Positions 25,971 to 38,643 of a stretch of 64,000 bases of DNA are shown here, piece after piece. The position numbers were made by a program, and so were the translations under genes. This DNA is from Mobula hypostoma (Eukaryota): contig NC_086108.1 in the NCBI RefSeq assembly GCF_963921235.1, positions 106,580,001 through 106,644,000 of the forward strand. Direction: 5' to 3'. The notes under the pieces are model-generated. The model saw nothing but the letters and a program-made list of their open reading frames with translations. It was not told the origin of the DNA and did not search any database. Position 1 is the first letter of the stretch. Each line of letters opens with the position of its first letter.

Positions 25971-26761
25971 AGCACGCTTTGGAAGGACAAACCAACGTAG
26001 AACATACAGGGTTAATGGTAAGGCACTGAGGAGTGCAGTGGAACAGAGGGATCTGGGAATACAGATACAAAATTCCCTAAAAGTGTCGTCACAGGTAGAT
26101 AGTGTCGTAAAGGGAGCTTTTGGTACATTGGCCTTTATTAATCAAAGTATTGAGTATAAGAGCTGGAATGTTATGATGAGGTTGTATAAGGCATTGGTGA
26201 GGCCGAATCTGGAGTATTGTGTTCAGTTTTGGTCACCAAATTACAGGAAGGATATAAATAAGGTTGAAAGAGTGCAGAGAAGGTTTACAAGGATGTTGCC
26301 GGGACTTGAGAAACTCAGTTACAGAGAAAGGTTGAATAGGTTAGGACTTCATTCCCTGGAGCGTAGAAGAATGAGGGGAGATTTGATAGAGGTATATAAA
26401 ATTATGATGGGTATAGATAGAGTGAATGCAAGCAGGCTTTTTCCACTGAGGCAAGGGGAGAAAAAAACCAGAGGACATGGGTTAAAGGTGAGGAGGGAAA
26501 AGTTTAAAGGGAACATTAGGGGGGGCTTCTTCACACAGAGAGTGGTGGGAGTATGGAATGAGCTGCCAGACGAGGTGGTAAATGCGAGTTCTTTTTTAAC
26601 ATTTAAGAATAAATTGGACGGATACATGGATGGGAGATGTATAGAGGGATATGGTCCGTGTGCAGGTCAGTGGGACTAGGCAGAAAATGGTTCGGCACAG
26701 CCAAGAAGGGCCAAAGGGCCTGTTTCTATGCTGTAGTTTCTATGGTTCTATGGTTCTATGG
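25971..26761 (+). mobile_element. Young 5'-truncated CR1 LINE
   Basis: Open ORF 26038..26679 to the natural stop; tail ttctatggttctatggttctatgg. Confidence 0.9.
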
Positions 26762-27169
26762 CTAACAGGCCCTTCCATCCCAACAACCCCACGCCACCCA
26801 GCTACATCCATATGACCAAGTGACCTACTTTGCAGTGCATGAGGAAAGTGATGGACCCAGAGGAAAACCTACAGAGTCTTTACAGACAGGAATCCAACAC
26901 ATCAAGATCGTTGTATGGCATTATGCCAACCACTCGACTATTGTGCCAGAAGGAAGGGAATAAATCAGAAGGTTCTGGACTAGTTCAAGTGAAGATGATC
27001 CACACTAACTGTTATGCTACCATTCTTCCCTATTGTAACTGCATTGAAACCTAGAACTAGAACATGAAAGCAACATACACAACATGTTGGAGGAACTCAG
27101 CAGGCCAGGCAGCATCTATGGAAAAGAGTACAGTTGATGCTTTGGATCAAAACCTTTTGGCAGGACAGG

Positions 27170-28505
27170 ACATTTGGATTATTATGAACAGTTCTGGGCC
27201 CCATATCTAAGAAAGATTGCTGACATTGGAGGGGGTCCAGAGAGGAGTTTTCCAAGAATGATCCTGGGAATGAAAGGGTTAATATATGAAGAATTTGATT
27301 TTTTTTAATTTTATCGAAATGCAGTACAGAACAGACCTTCCGGCCCTTTAAGCCTCTTCACCCAGCAATCCCCTGATTTAATCCTAGCCTAATCACAGGA
27401 CAATTTACAGTGACCAATTAACTTACCAATTGGTACGTCTTTGGACTGCAGCAAGAAACTGGAGCACCTGGAGAATACTCAGGTGCTCATTGAGAGAAGA
27501 TTCAAATGCCTTACAGGTGAGTTTAGAAGAATGAGGGAAGATCTCATCTCATTGAAACCTAGTGAACATTGAAAGACCGAGACAGAGGTAGATGTGCAGA
27601 TGATGCTTCCAATAGAGGGGGAGTGTAGAACCAGAGGGCACAGAATCAGAACTCAGGGATGTCCCTTTTGAACCGAGATGAGAAAGGATTTCCTTAGCTA
27701 GAGAATAGTGAATCTGTGGAATTCATTGATCATAGACACCGTGGAGACCAGATCATTGAGAATATTTAAAGCAGAGGTTAATATGTTGTTGATTACTCAA
27801 GGCATCATAAGACCATAATATATAGGAACAGAAGTAGGCCATTCAGCCCAGTGAGTCTACTCCGCCACTCAATCATAGGCTGATCCAATTCTTCCAGTCA
27901 TCCCCACTCCCCTGCTTTCACCCCATACCCTTTGATGCCCTGGCTAATCAAGAACCTATCTATCTCTGCCTTAAATACACCCAATGACTTGACCTCCACA
28001 GCCACTCACGGCAACAAATTCATAGATTTACCACCCTCTGATTAAAGTAATTTCTCCGCAACTCTGTTCTAAATGGATGTCCTTCAATCCTGAAGCCGTG
28101 CCCTCTTGTCCTAGACTCCCCTACCATGGGAAATAACTTTGCCATATCTAATCTGTTTAGGCCTTTTAACATTCAGAATGTTTCTATGAGATCCCCCCTC
28201 ATTCTCCCGAACTCCAGGGAATACAGCCCAAGAGCTGCCAGATGTTCCTCATACGGTAACCCTTTCATTTCTGGAATGATTCTCATGAATCTTCTCTGAA
28301 CCCTCTCTAATGTGTCGGTATACCCTTTCTAAACTAAGGAGCCCAAAACTGCACACAATGCTCCAAGTATTGAGAGAAGGGAAGAGAATGGGCTGGAGAG
28401 AAGGTAGTAGAATGGGGTTGAGAGGAAAAATAAGTCAGCCATGATAAAATGGCATAGCAGACTTGAGGGACTGAATGGTCTAATTCTGCATCCATGCCTT
28501 AGGAT
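27170..28505 (+). mobile_element. CR1 3' part split by a V-SINE (~27315-27517, -) and a CR1 (27806-28368, -)
   Basis: CR1 motifs resume on each side of both inserts. Confidence 0.7.
27806..28368 (-). mobile_element. 5'-truncated CR1 LINE
   Basis: Close match to 3844-4400; reverse tail ataagaccataa. Confidence 0.85.
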
Positions 28506-28508
28506 CTT

Positions 28509-28868
28509 ATGTTGAAAAGCCTAGACAGAATGGAGGTGGAGGGGATGCTTCCTCTGGTGGAGGAGACTGGGAACAGAGTGCACAGCCTTAGAGTAGAAGG
28601 AAATCCCTTTATAACAGAGATAAGGAAGGATTTCTTAATGCAGAGGGTGGTGAATCTGTGGAATTCATTGCCTCAGATGGATGTGGAGGCCAGGTCATTG
28701 AGTATATTTCTCATGAGGGTTATAAGTTCTTGATTAGTAAGGATGTCAAAGATTATAAGAGAGGCAGGAGAAGAGGGTTGTGAGGGATAATAAAACAGCC
28801 ACGATGAAGTGGTGGAGCAGTCTTGATGAGTAAATGGTCTAATTCTGCCCCTATGTCTTATGATCTTA
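28509..28868 (+). mobile_element. CR1 3' fragment
   Basis: ORF 28509..28733 QRVVNLWNSLP; tail atgtcttatgatcttat. Confidence 0.8.
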
Positions 28869-28914
28869 TTGTCACTATCTTGGCCCATCAGTTGAAACAG
28901 GGGAGAGGGAAATC

Positions 28915-29280
28915 TTAGCAGTGCACACAAAATGCTGGAGTAATTTAGCAGGTTAGGCAGCATCTATGGAATTAAATAAACAGCTGATGTTTCAGGCCAG
29001 GACTCTTCATCAAGTCTAGAAAGAGGAAGATGCCAGAATGGCAAGGTGGGGTCGGGATGGAAGGGGAAGGAGGCTAGCTGGAAGGTGATTGTTGAGGCCA
29101 GGTGGGTGGGAAAGATAAAGGGCCGGAGAAGAAGGGTTCTGATAGGAGATGAGAGTGGAGCATAGGAGAAAGAGAAGGAGGTGGATATCGAGGGGGATGT
29201 GATAGGCAGGTGAGAAGAGGTAACAGGCCAGAGTGGGGAATAGAAAAAGAGGGAAAGTGGAGGGGGAGGAAGAGGTGGAG
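28915..29280 (-). mobile_element. Penelope-like terminal repeat
   Basis: pLTR motif, degenerate hammerhead and purine-rich tract. Confidence 0.75.
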
Positions 29281-29744
29281 GTAGTGAAGGTGCTGGTGTC
29301 ATGGGAGCAAAAACTTTTTATTCCAGAATTTTCCAGAACAGCAGCATCAGAAAAAGGTAGAAATAATCTTTTTCTTTCCTCAGTTTTGTTGTTGCTTATT
29401 CTCCATTTAATCTGCAACAGGTCTTCCATTTCCAGTCCTGATGAACATTCCTGGCCTGAAATGTCAACTGTTTATACCTTTGCAGAGAGGCTGCCTGACC
29501 TGTTGTGTTCGTCCAGCATTTTCTGTGTGTTGTCCTGGATTTCCAGCATCTGCAGAATCTCTTGTGTTCATGATCCTTTGTCTGATTTAGGGAATCCTAC
29601 CACAAATATGCTGGTATTGCTTGACTCTTTGCAAAGTGCAAAAGGACACTCTGGCTGCTTCCAGCCTGAAAACTGTTTAGAAATCCTAATGAAGGGTCTC
29701 AGTCTGAAACATGCACTCTTTATTCTGTTCCAGAGATACTTCCT

Positions 29745-32700
29745 GCAACTCCAGCCTTGAACTCCAGGCCGGGTCTTCACGTGCTGCTGTTGTGACTCCC
29801 GTCTCCCCTTCCCCCACCTCCACTCTGCAACCCCGTCTCCCACAGGTCCCATCGTCAGCTCCTGGTCCTCAGAGTCTCCATCTTCCTCTCACCCCAACCC
29901 TCCCCTCTCCACTGACTCTACCAGCCTCCCTACCCCTCCCCCCTCTGATCCCAGCTCTCATCCGTACCGGGTCTTTACCATTGCCTCCTACCTCCAACTC
30001 TCTGAGGTAGAGCGCACTGCTCTCAGTAAGGGCCTCACCTTTGTCCCCTTTCGCCCACACCTCAGCGAGATTCGCGTGCGCCATGATGCTGAACTTTTCT
30101 TCCACTGGCTATGTCTTCGAGCCTACCTCTTCAGCAAGGACTCTCCCACCCCCACCAATGACCCATTCTCCCGTTTTCAAACCTTCTCCTCTTCATGGAC
30201 ACCCTGCTCTGGCCTTCTGCCTGCTCTGGATCTCCTTATTGCTAACTGCTGACGGGACATCAACCATCTCGACTTCACCGCACCTTGTTTCCATTCCAAC
30301 CTCAGTCCTTCTGAACGCTCTGCTCTCCACTCCCTCTGCACTAATCCTAACCTTACTATTAAACCCACTGATAAGGGGGGTGCTGTTGTAGTCTGGCGTA
30401 CTGACCTCTACTTTGCTGAGGCACAACGACACAGCACAACATCCTCTTATTTACCCCTCGATCATGACCCCATCAAGGAGCACCAGGTCATTGTCTCCCA
30501 CACTATCACCAACTTTATCAGCTCAGGGAATCTCCCATCCACTGCTACCAACCTTAAAGTACCCACACCACACACTTCCCATTTCTACCTCCTACCCAAG
30601 ATCCACAAACCTGCCTGTCCAGGTAGACCTATTGTCTCAGCTTGCTCCTGCCCCACTGAACTCGTTTCTGCATACCCTGACATGGTTTTATCCCCCCTTG
30701 TTCAATCCCTTCCCACCTATGTTCATGACACTTCTCACGCTTTGGAGTTTTTCAATGATTTCAAGTTCCCTGGCCCCCACCGCCTTATTTTACCCATGGA
30801 TGTCCAGTCCCTATACACCTCCATCCCCCACCAGGAAGATCTCAAAGCTCTCCGCTTCTCTTTGAATTCCAGACCTAACCAGTTCCCCTCTACCACCACT
30901 CTGCTCTGTCTAGCGGAATTAGTCCTTACTCTTAATAATTCCTACTTTGGCTCCTCCCACTTCCTCCAAACTAAAGGTGTAGCCATGGGCACCCGTATGG
31001 GTCCCAGCTATGCCTGCCTTTTTGTTCGCTTTGTGGAACAGTCCATGTTCCAAGCCTATACTGGTATCTGTCCCCCACTTTTCCTTTGCTATATCGACGC
31101 CTGCATTGGCGCTGCTTCCTGCACGCATGCTAAGCACGTTGAGTTCATTAACTTTGCCTTCAACTTTCACCCTGCCCTCAAATTTACCTGGTCCATTTCT
31201 GACATCTCTCTCCCCTTTCTTGATCTTTCTGCCTCTATCTCTGGAGACAGCTTATCTACTGATGTCTACTATAAGCCTACAGACTCTCACAGGTACCTGG
31301 ACTATTCCTCTTCCCACTCTGTCTCTTGCAAAAATGCTATCTCCTTCTCACAATTCCTCCATCTCCGACGCATCTGCTCTCAGGATGAGACCTTTCATTC
31401 CAGGACGAAGGAGATATCTTCCTTTTTTTTGATAGATAGATGGATATACCTTATTGATCCCGAAGGAAATTGGGTTTCGTTACAGCCGCACCAACCAAGA
31501 ATAGAGCATAAATATAGCAATACAAAAACCACAAACAATCAAACAACAAAATGCAAACTATGCCAGATGGAAAATAAGTCCAGGACCAGCCTATTGGCTA
31601 TTTAAAGAAAGGGGTTTCCCTTCCTCCACCATCAACTCTGCTATCAAACGCATCTCTCCCATTTCACACACATCTGCTCTCACCCCATCCTCCCGCCACC
31701 CCACTAGGAATAGGGTTCCCCTGGTCCTCACCTACCACCCCACCAGCCTCTGGGTCCAACATATAATTCTCCATAACTTCCGCCACCCCAACGGGATCCC
31801 ACCACCAAGCACATTTTTCCCTCCCCCCTCTTTCTGCTTTCCCCAGGGACCGCTACCTACGCTCCCTTGTCCATTCGTCACCCCCATCCCTTCCCACCGA
31901 CCTCCCTCCCGGCACTTATCCTTATAAGCAGAACAAGTGCTACACATGTCCTTACACTTCCTCCTTCACCACCATTCAGGGCCCCAGACAGTCCTTCCAG
32001 GTGAGGCGACACTTCACCTGTGTGTCGGCTGAGGTGATATACTGCATCCGGTGCTCCCAATGTGGTTTTCTTTATATTGGCGAGACCCGACGCAGGCTGG
32101 AAGACCATTTCATTGAACACCTACGCTCTGTCCGCCAGAGAAAGCAGGATCTCCCAGTGGCCACACCTTTTAATTCTACGTCCCATTCCCATTCTGATAC
32201 GTCTATCCATGGCCTCCTCTACTGTCAAGATGAAGCCACACTCAGGTTGGAGGAACAACACCTTATATTCCGTCTAGGTAGCCTCCAACCTGATGGCATG
32301 AACATTGACTTCTCAAACTTCCGTTAATGCCCCTCCTCCCCCTCGTACCCCATCCATTATTTGTTTGTTTGTTTGTTTGTTTATTTATTTATTTATTTAT
32401 TATTTCCTTTTTTTTCTCTCTCTGTCCCTCTCACAATAACTCCTTGCCTGCTCTCCATCTTCCTCTGGTGCTTCCCTCCCCCTTTCTTTCTCCCTAGGCC
32501 TCCCGTCCCATGATCCTCTCCCTTCTCCAGCCTTGTATCCCTTTTGCCAGTCAACTTTCCAGCTCTTAGCTCCATCCCTCCCCCTCTTGTCTTCTCCTAT
32601 CATTTCAGATCTCCCCTTTCCCTTCCCACTTTCAAATCTTTTACTATCTCTTCTTTCAGTTAGTCCTGACCAAAGGTCTCGGCCCAAAACGTCAACTGTG

Positions 32701-32800
32701 CTTCTTCCTATGGATGCTGTCTGACCTGTTGAGTTCCACCAGAATTTTATGTGTGTTGCTTCCTGCCCTGCTGAGTTCCTCCAGCATTTTGTGTATGTTG
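29745..32800 (+). mobile_element. Penelope-like element (RT + GIY-YIG endonuclease), decayed, with 3' pLTR
   Basis: RT motifs MDVQSLYTSIPH, GVAMGTRMGPSYACLF, YIDA, LPFLDL (ORF 30682); ORF 32001..32327 VIYCIRCSQCGFLYIGETRRRL..EH; pyrimidine tract and hammerhead-like motif 32661-32698. Confidence 0.92.
31431..31600 (-). mobile_element. Short LINE 3'-end insertion inside the Penelope RT
   Basis: Minus strand aatttccttcgggatcaataaggt...(ctat)n tail; PLE sequence tcctttttt|taaagaaagggg rejoins across it. Confidence 0.7.
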
Positions 32801-33164
32801 TACTAAATTCCTCATTTTGCCTTGCACTACTAGGCAGAATATACCTTTCGCCTCACGTTTCCTGCTTAAATATGCTGTCAGTAACTGTTATTGATCAGCG
32901 ATGGAGACAGTCACAACGTTCTTATCTGTTTGACCTTTTCAGATGTCGACACTGAAAGCTTGTGGCATTTATGGAGAAGTTCGGGGGGAAAGTGTCGAGC
33001 AGTTTACAAGACTTTACACTTTGCATGATTGTAGGAAAATCATTTCAGAGGCTCTGGTGCTCTGGAAGCAATATGCATAGGGTGTGGGCGTATTGGTAAT
33101 TTGCAATCTGCAGCTGCTCTCTCCAGTGCCTTCAGAGCTTGTTCACACAAAAAAAATTACAGGG

Positions 33165-33715
33165 GGAACCGCTTTCTCGAGCACCTCCTCTCCATCTGCC
33201 TAAAACCGAATTTCCCAGTGGCCAGCCTTTCAAATTCCTACTCCCATTCTTGTTCCGACATGCTGGTCTGTGCCTCCTCTTCTGACTTGATGAGGCCACT
33301 CTCAGGGTGGAGAGCAACACCTCATGTTCTGTCCAGGTAGCCTCCAACCTATTGGCATTAACAACAATTTCTCCTTCCTTTTTTTCTCCTTTTATTTTCC
33401 CCTCTCCTTCCTTCTTCAACTTCCTACTCTGGCCTCTTACCTCTTCTCTTTACCTTTTCCTGGTGTCCCTCCTTCTTCCCTTTCTCCCATGGTCCATTCT
33501 CCTCTCCTCCAGCCCTTTACCTTTCCCACCCATCTGGCTTCACCTGTCACCTTCTGACTATCCGCCTTCCTCTTTCCCTACCTTTTTATTCTGGCGTTTT
33601 CCCCCTTCCTTCTCATACTGACGAAGGGTCTTGGCTCGAAATGTCATCTGCTTATTCATTTTCATAGATACTGCTTGACCTGCTGAGCATCTGGCATTTT
33701 GTGTGTGGTGTTCTG
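33165..33715 (+). mobile_element. Penelope-like 3' fragment (GIY-YIG end + pLTR)
   Basis: Colinear with 32100-32760; hammerhead core CTGACGA...GAAA at 33618-33641. Confidence 0.8.
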
Positions 33716-34396
33716 GGTCTACACTATAGCTTTTATACAGGCCTGCTGGATTTGTAATCGGCTTTGAACTATCGCGTTTCCTAATTATTCATTGGGTGTT
33801 TGCATCCCAATCAAGACGTGTTTTTCTTGGCCTTCTCTAATTCTCCGCACTGAGGATGTGGTCCTGATGCAGGATTTCAACCTGAAAAGCCAACAATTCC
33901 TTTCCTCCCACAAATCCTGCTCAGCACACTGACTTCATCCAGTGATCCTGAAGAAGGGTCTTAGCTCGATACATCGACACTTTATCTCCCTCCATAGATG
34001 CTGTCTGACCTGCTGAGTTCCACCAACATTCTGTGTGTATTATGCCAGTAAAATTGTTCGCTGCTCTGGATATAGAACATTGAGCACAGAACAGACCAGC
34101 TCAGTACAGGAACTTCAGCCCACTCTATCGTGTTGACATTTTAGCCTCCTCCAAGATCAATTTAACGTTTTCGTCCTGTGTAGTCCACCATTTTGCTTTC
34201 ATCCATGTGCCTATCTAAGAACCATAGAATGTGTGGTTTATTTTTGGGTGCTCTGGTTTCCTCCTACAGTCCAAAGACATACTGGATAGTAGGTTAAGTA
34301 GTCATTGTAAATTAGGCTAGGGTTAAATTGGGTTGTTGGACAGTGCAGGCCACTGGGCTGGAAGGACCTACTCTATGCTGTATCTCTAAATAATAA

Positions 34397-35058
34397 TGTA
34401 AGGGGTTTCATCTTTTATGTTACTGTGTAGGCTAATTAACATGGCTTCTTTGTTATGTTAACTGCTGAGAAAGCTCTCTCGCTAGCAGCTTGTTTGGGTT
34501 ATAGAGTGAGTTGTATTCAGTTGCTAACCAATTGGGATAGACGTTATTCTTTTTTGTCTGTCTATAAGCTACTGTATGCGTGGGTTTTTGGGGAGAGTGG
34601 ACGCGATGCTGTGAGCTGGCCGACGGGGCGGACCCCGAGCAAGAGTCCAAGGTTCAGGGTCTTCGGTGAGGAGAGGAAACGAAGAGAGACTCATGTGGAG
34701 TGTCTGGTCGACCACCGAGGTTGGTCCCAGGCGGCGGGTCGACGTGGTCAGGGGGGATCGAATGGTGAAAAGAGGATCGTTACTAGAGCTCCAACTGTGC
34801 ACAAAGAGGTTGAACTTTGATAAGATTGGCACCTTTTACTTCCCTTTTATATTTTATCTCTATTAATTATATAGTTCCAGTAGTATCTATAAATTGTAAT
34901 CATTTAATCGTATCTGGTGTATTGTCTGTTATTTGGTGGGGTGGGGTACATCACACAGCATCCACACAAACTTAATCACCCAGTTTGGTGGGGCCGAAGG
35001 CTGATTCCCCTAGACGAAAGTGAGTTGAACGAACCTGAGGCTGACCGGGGGGGCTACA
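34397..35058 (+). mobile_element. Solo LTR (Gypsy-type), 662 bp
   Basis: TGTA...TACA termini; 4-bp TSD ATAA (34393-34396 / 35059-35062); homologous to 36559-37261; strand inferred from the related LTR fragment upstream of gag. Confidence 0.88.
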
Positions 35059-36129
35059 ATAAATATATACCTATAAAGAGCATTATAAAAAGTGAGTTCT
35101 AGTATTCCCCATCCCCAGCAACATCCTCCAAGATCACTGAAAGAACATGAGAATGGTTTCCATTTCACATGTTCCCCAGGATCTCCGGATCTCTGGAGGA
35201 GGGAGGCAGTGAGGTCAAGAGTCTACCTTATTGTACTGGGGGCAGCTCAAAGGTTCCTTTGTTATCGAAGTATGCAACTCAGAGATTCTTCAATTCTCCA
35301 GGCAGACATGAAGCCAAGAAAGAAAAGAGAGAACATCAATCCCCAAACCCCACCTCTCCGCAAAAAAAAAACAGACAAAAGCTTGAACAGGCACATCAGC
35401 CCCTACATCCCTCCTCCCGTAGAAAAACTGAGCAAAATGGACCAGGCAAATCGACCCCCAGATCCCTCCTCCTGCACAAAAATATGAACAAAACAGATCA
35501 GGCATATCAAACTCCAAACTCCTCCACCCGCACAAAAACCGAGCAAAAAGGAACAATTGTTGTACAACAGTAGGGTAGAAGTTGAGCTTGAAACTTGCTT
35601 TCATTTTCTTGTATCCTCTGCTTGATACAAGAAGGGGAAAAGAGTGAATGCTCAGGATGGGTGGGATCTTCGATTATACAGGCTGTTTACTGAGGAGGTG
35701 AGAAGAGTCAACTCTCCCTGGAGTGAGATTAGGAGCAAAAAGAAGCTAACGGGTGTCCTGTTTGAGGTATATAAAATTATGAGGAACATAAATTGGATAA
35801 ATGGTCAGTCTCTTTCCCAGGGTGGAAATGTTAAATGCTAGAGGGGAAAAGTTGGAATGAGATAAATACAAAGCAAGTTTGGTTTTTGCCTCAGAAAATC
35901 TTATTGCCTCAGTGAATCAGCCGATATAATCAAATACCCTTGATATTCTCTCCTCTTCCCTCTCCCACTGGCAAAAGATAAAAAGTCTGAAAGCACGTAT
36001 CACCAGGCTCAGGGACAACAGTGCCAACCTTTAAGATCAATCTAACCTTTCCCTCTTACAGAACCCTCCATTTTTCTGTCATCTATGTGTCTATCTAAGC
36101 ATTTCTTAAATGTCCCTAATGTATCCTCT

Positions 36130-37440
36130 GACATCCTGACTAATCAAGAACCTATCAATCTCCACTTTAAGTATACCCAATATTTGTGGTTATGGTGAGA
36201 AGGTGGGGGAATGGGGCTGAGAGAGATAATAATGGTATGCTGAAGCAGACTCGATGGGCTGAGTGTGATGGCTTCCACAGCCATCCGTGAAATGAACGCC
36301 ATGAATTCACTGCTCTCTGGCTAAAGAGATTCCTCCTTATCTCTATTCCAAATGGGTGCCCCTCTATTCTGAGGCTGACCCCTCTGGTCCAAGACTCTCC
36401 TACTGGAGGAAATATCCTCTCCACATCCACTCTATCCAGGCCATTCAATATTTAATACGTTTCACTGAAATTCCCCCTTCATTCTTCTAAACTCCAGCGA
36501 GCGCAGCCCCAGTGGCCTCAAATGCTCCTCATACATTATCCATTCCTTTCATTCCTAGTGTAAGGGGGTTTCGTCTCTTATGATACTGTGTAGGCTAATT
36601 AAAATGGCTTCTTTGTTATGTTATACTTGGGAATGCTTCTTTGTTATGTTAAACGCTGAGAAAATCCTTTCTGCTAGCAGTTTGTTGAGTCACGTTACTG
36701 ATAAGAAGATGTTATGAACCAATTAGGATAGTTGTTATGTTTTTGGTGTATTTGAAGATACTGTATGCACGGGGTTTTTGGAGCAGAAGGCGGGAGAGAG
36801 GGACAGAGAATGAACCAGGTGCTGTGATGTCCGCTAACGGGGTCGGACCCCAAGGAGGGCGTTTGACGAGGAGAGGAGACGGAGACGGACTCGTGTAGAG
36901 CGTCTGGTCGACCACCGTTGTTGGTCCTAGGCGGCCGGTCGAGGTGGTCCGAGGGGCCGAAGGAAGAAGAAGAAGGGTCTTGAGCTCCAACTTTTTTTGT
37001 GCAGGAAGAGATTGAACTTTGATAAGTGTGGCTCCTTTTATTTTCCTTTTATATTTTATTCTCTATTAATTATATAGTTCCAGTAATATCTATAAACTGT
37101 AGATCATTTAATCGTATCTGGTGTACTGTCTGTTATTTGGGTAGGGTGGGGTACATCACACAGCGTCCACGCAAACTATTACCCAGTTTGGCGGGGCCAA
37201 GGCTGTTTCCCTAGACGACAGCGAGCCGAGCGACCCTGAGAGTGGCCGGGGGGGGGCTACACTAGAATCATTCTCGTGAACCTCCTCTGGACCGTCGTCA
37301 ACATCAGCACATCTTTTCTTAGATGTGGGGCCCAAAACTGTTCACACTACTCCACAATACTCCAGGCTGACTTATGCCCCAGAAAGCCTCAATATTACAT
37401 CCTTGCTTTTATATTCTCGTCCTCTTGAAATTAATGCTAA
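36130..37440 (-). mobile_element. CR1 3' fragment split by a solo LTR
   Basis: ORF 36167..36448; tttcattcctag|aatcattctcgtg rejoins across the LTR. Confidence 0.8.
36559..37261 (+). mobile_element. Solo LTR (Gypsy-type), 703 bp
   Basis: TGTA...TACA termini; 4-bp TSD CTAG (36555-36558 / 37262-37265). Confidence 0.9.
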
Positions 37441-37985
37441 GTGAATTGAATTTATTTAAGCCTTATATTCATCCCACAACATGAGGGAGTAAAAATCTTT
37501 GTGTTATGACTCAGTTGCAATGGACAGACATGTGAATTTATAAGGCTTGTAGAAAGAAGCTGTCCCGCAGCCTGCTGGTCCTGGCTTTAATGCTGTGGTA
37601 ACATTTGTCAGATGGAGGCAGCTGAAACAGTTCATGGTTGGGGTGACTGGTGTCACTAATGATCTTCCAGGCCTTCTTTATGCACTTACTACGATAAATG
37701 CTCTCAGTGGAGGGATGTTCACATTCACAGATGTGCTGGGCTATCCGTACCCCTCTCTGCAGTGCCCAGCGAACAAGGTTGGTCCAGTCAGGATGCTCTC
37801 AATTGTGCCCCTGTAGAAGGTCTTGAGGATTTGGGGTCTCATGCTGAAGTTCTTCAATCGCCTGAGGTGGAAGAGACACTGTTGTTTTTTTTTGCCACAC
37901 AGCCAGTGTGTACAGTCCAGGTGAGATCTTCGGTGATGTGTATGTCGAGGAACTTGAAAATACTCACCCTCTCAGTTGCAGTGGT
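37441..37985 (-). mobile_element. Rex1/Babar-type LINE 3' end
   Basis: Reverse (ttcaa)n tail and ggagtaaaaatcttt; same subfamily as 52850-53033 and 57301-57528. Confidence 0.7.
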
Positions 37986-38075
37986 AAACGATAGGTAATA
38001 ATGCTTGCTCTTCAGCAAATGGTCACATCATTCCCATGCATGGATAAAATCAAAATATCAGACTTGGATTTCATA

Positions 38076-38643
38076 TTCTTAGTGGCCACCTTATTGAATA
38101 CATCTGTACACCTGCTCATTAATGCAAATATCTAATCAGCCAATCATGTAGCAGCAGCTCAATGCATAAAAGCCTGCAGACTTGGTCAAGAGGTTCAGTT
38201 GTTGTTGAGATCGAACTTCACAATGGGGAAGAAATATGATCTAAGTGATTTGGACTGTGGAATGATTGTTGGTGCTAGATGGGGTGGTTTGAGTATCTCA
38301 GAAACTGCTGATTTCCAAGGATTTTAATGGACAACAGTCTCTACAAAGTACAGAGAATGGTGTGAGGAGTGAAAAACATTCAGTGTGTGGCAGTCCTGTG
38401 GGTGAAAATGCCTTGTTACTAAGAGCGGTTAGAAGAGAATGAACAGACTGTTTCAAGCTGACAGGAAGGTGATAGTAACTCCAATAACCACGTGTTACAA
38501 CAGTGGTGTGCAGAGAAGCACCTCCGAATGCCTAATATATTAACCTTGAAGTAAATAGGCTACATCAGCAGAAGACCACAAACATACACTCACTGGCCAC
38601 TTTATTAGGTACAGGAGATACCTAATAAAGTTAACAATGACTG
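38076..38643 (+). mobile_element. Tc1/mariner non-autonomous relic
   Basis: MGKKYDLSDLDCGMIVGARWGGLSISETAD (Tc1 paired-like HTH) from ~38223; TIR-like agtggccac(t/c)ttatt at 38081 and 38592, inverse cctaataaag at 38621. Confidence 0.8.

Noticed and set aside
173..26627. Many ORFs antisense to CR1 ORF2 (e.g. 173..430, 3965..4369, 6948..7430, 21831..22523, 26349..26627)
   Set aside because: They are shadow frames of LINE coding sequence, recurring with each copy, with no independent protein motifs
30682..31605. 307-aa ORF as a novel RT with a unique C-terminus
   Set aside because: The last ~57 residues are read-through into the 31431-31600 insertion, and the catalytic YIDD is mutated
34397..37261. 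Single provirus bounded by two LTRs
   Set aside because: Each LTR has its own TSD and the interval lacks gag/pol
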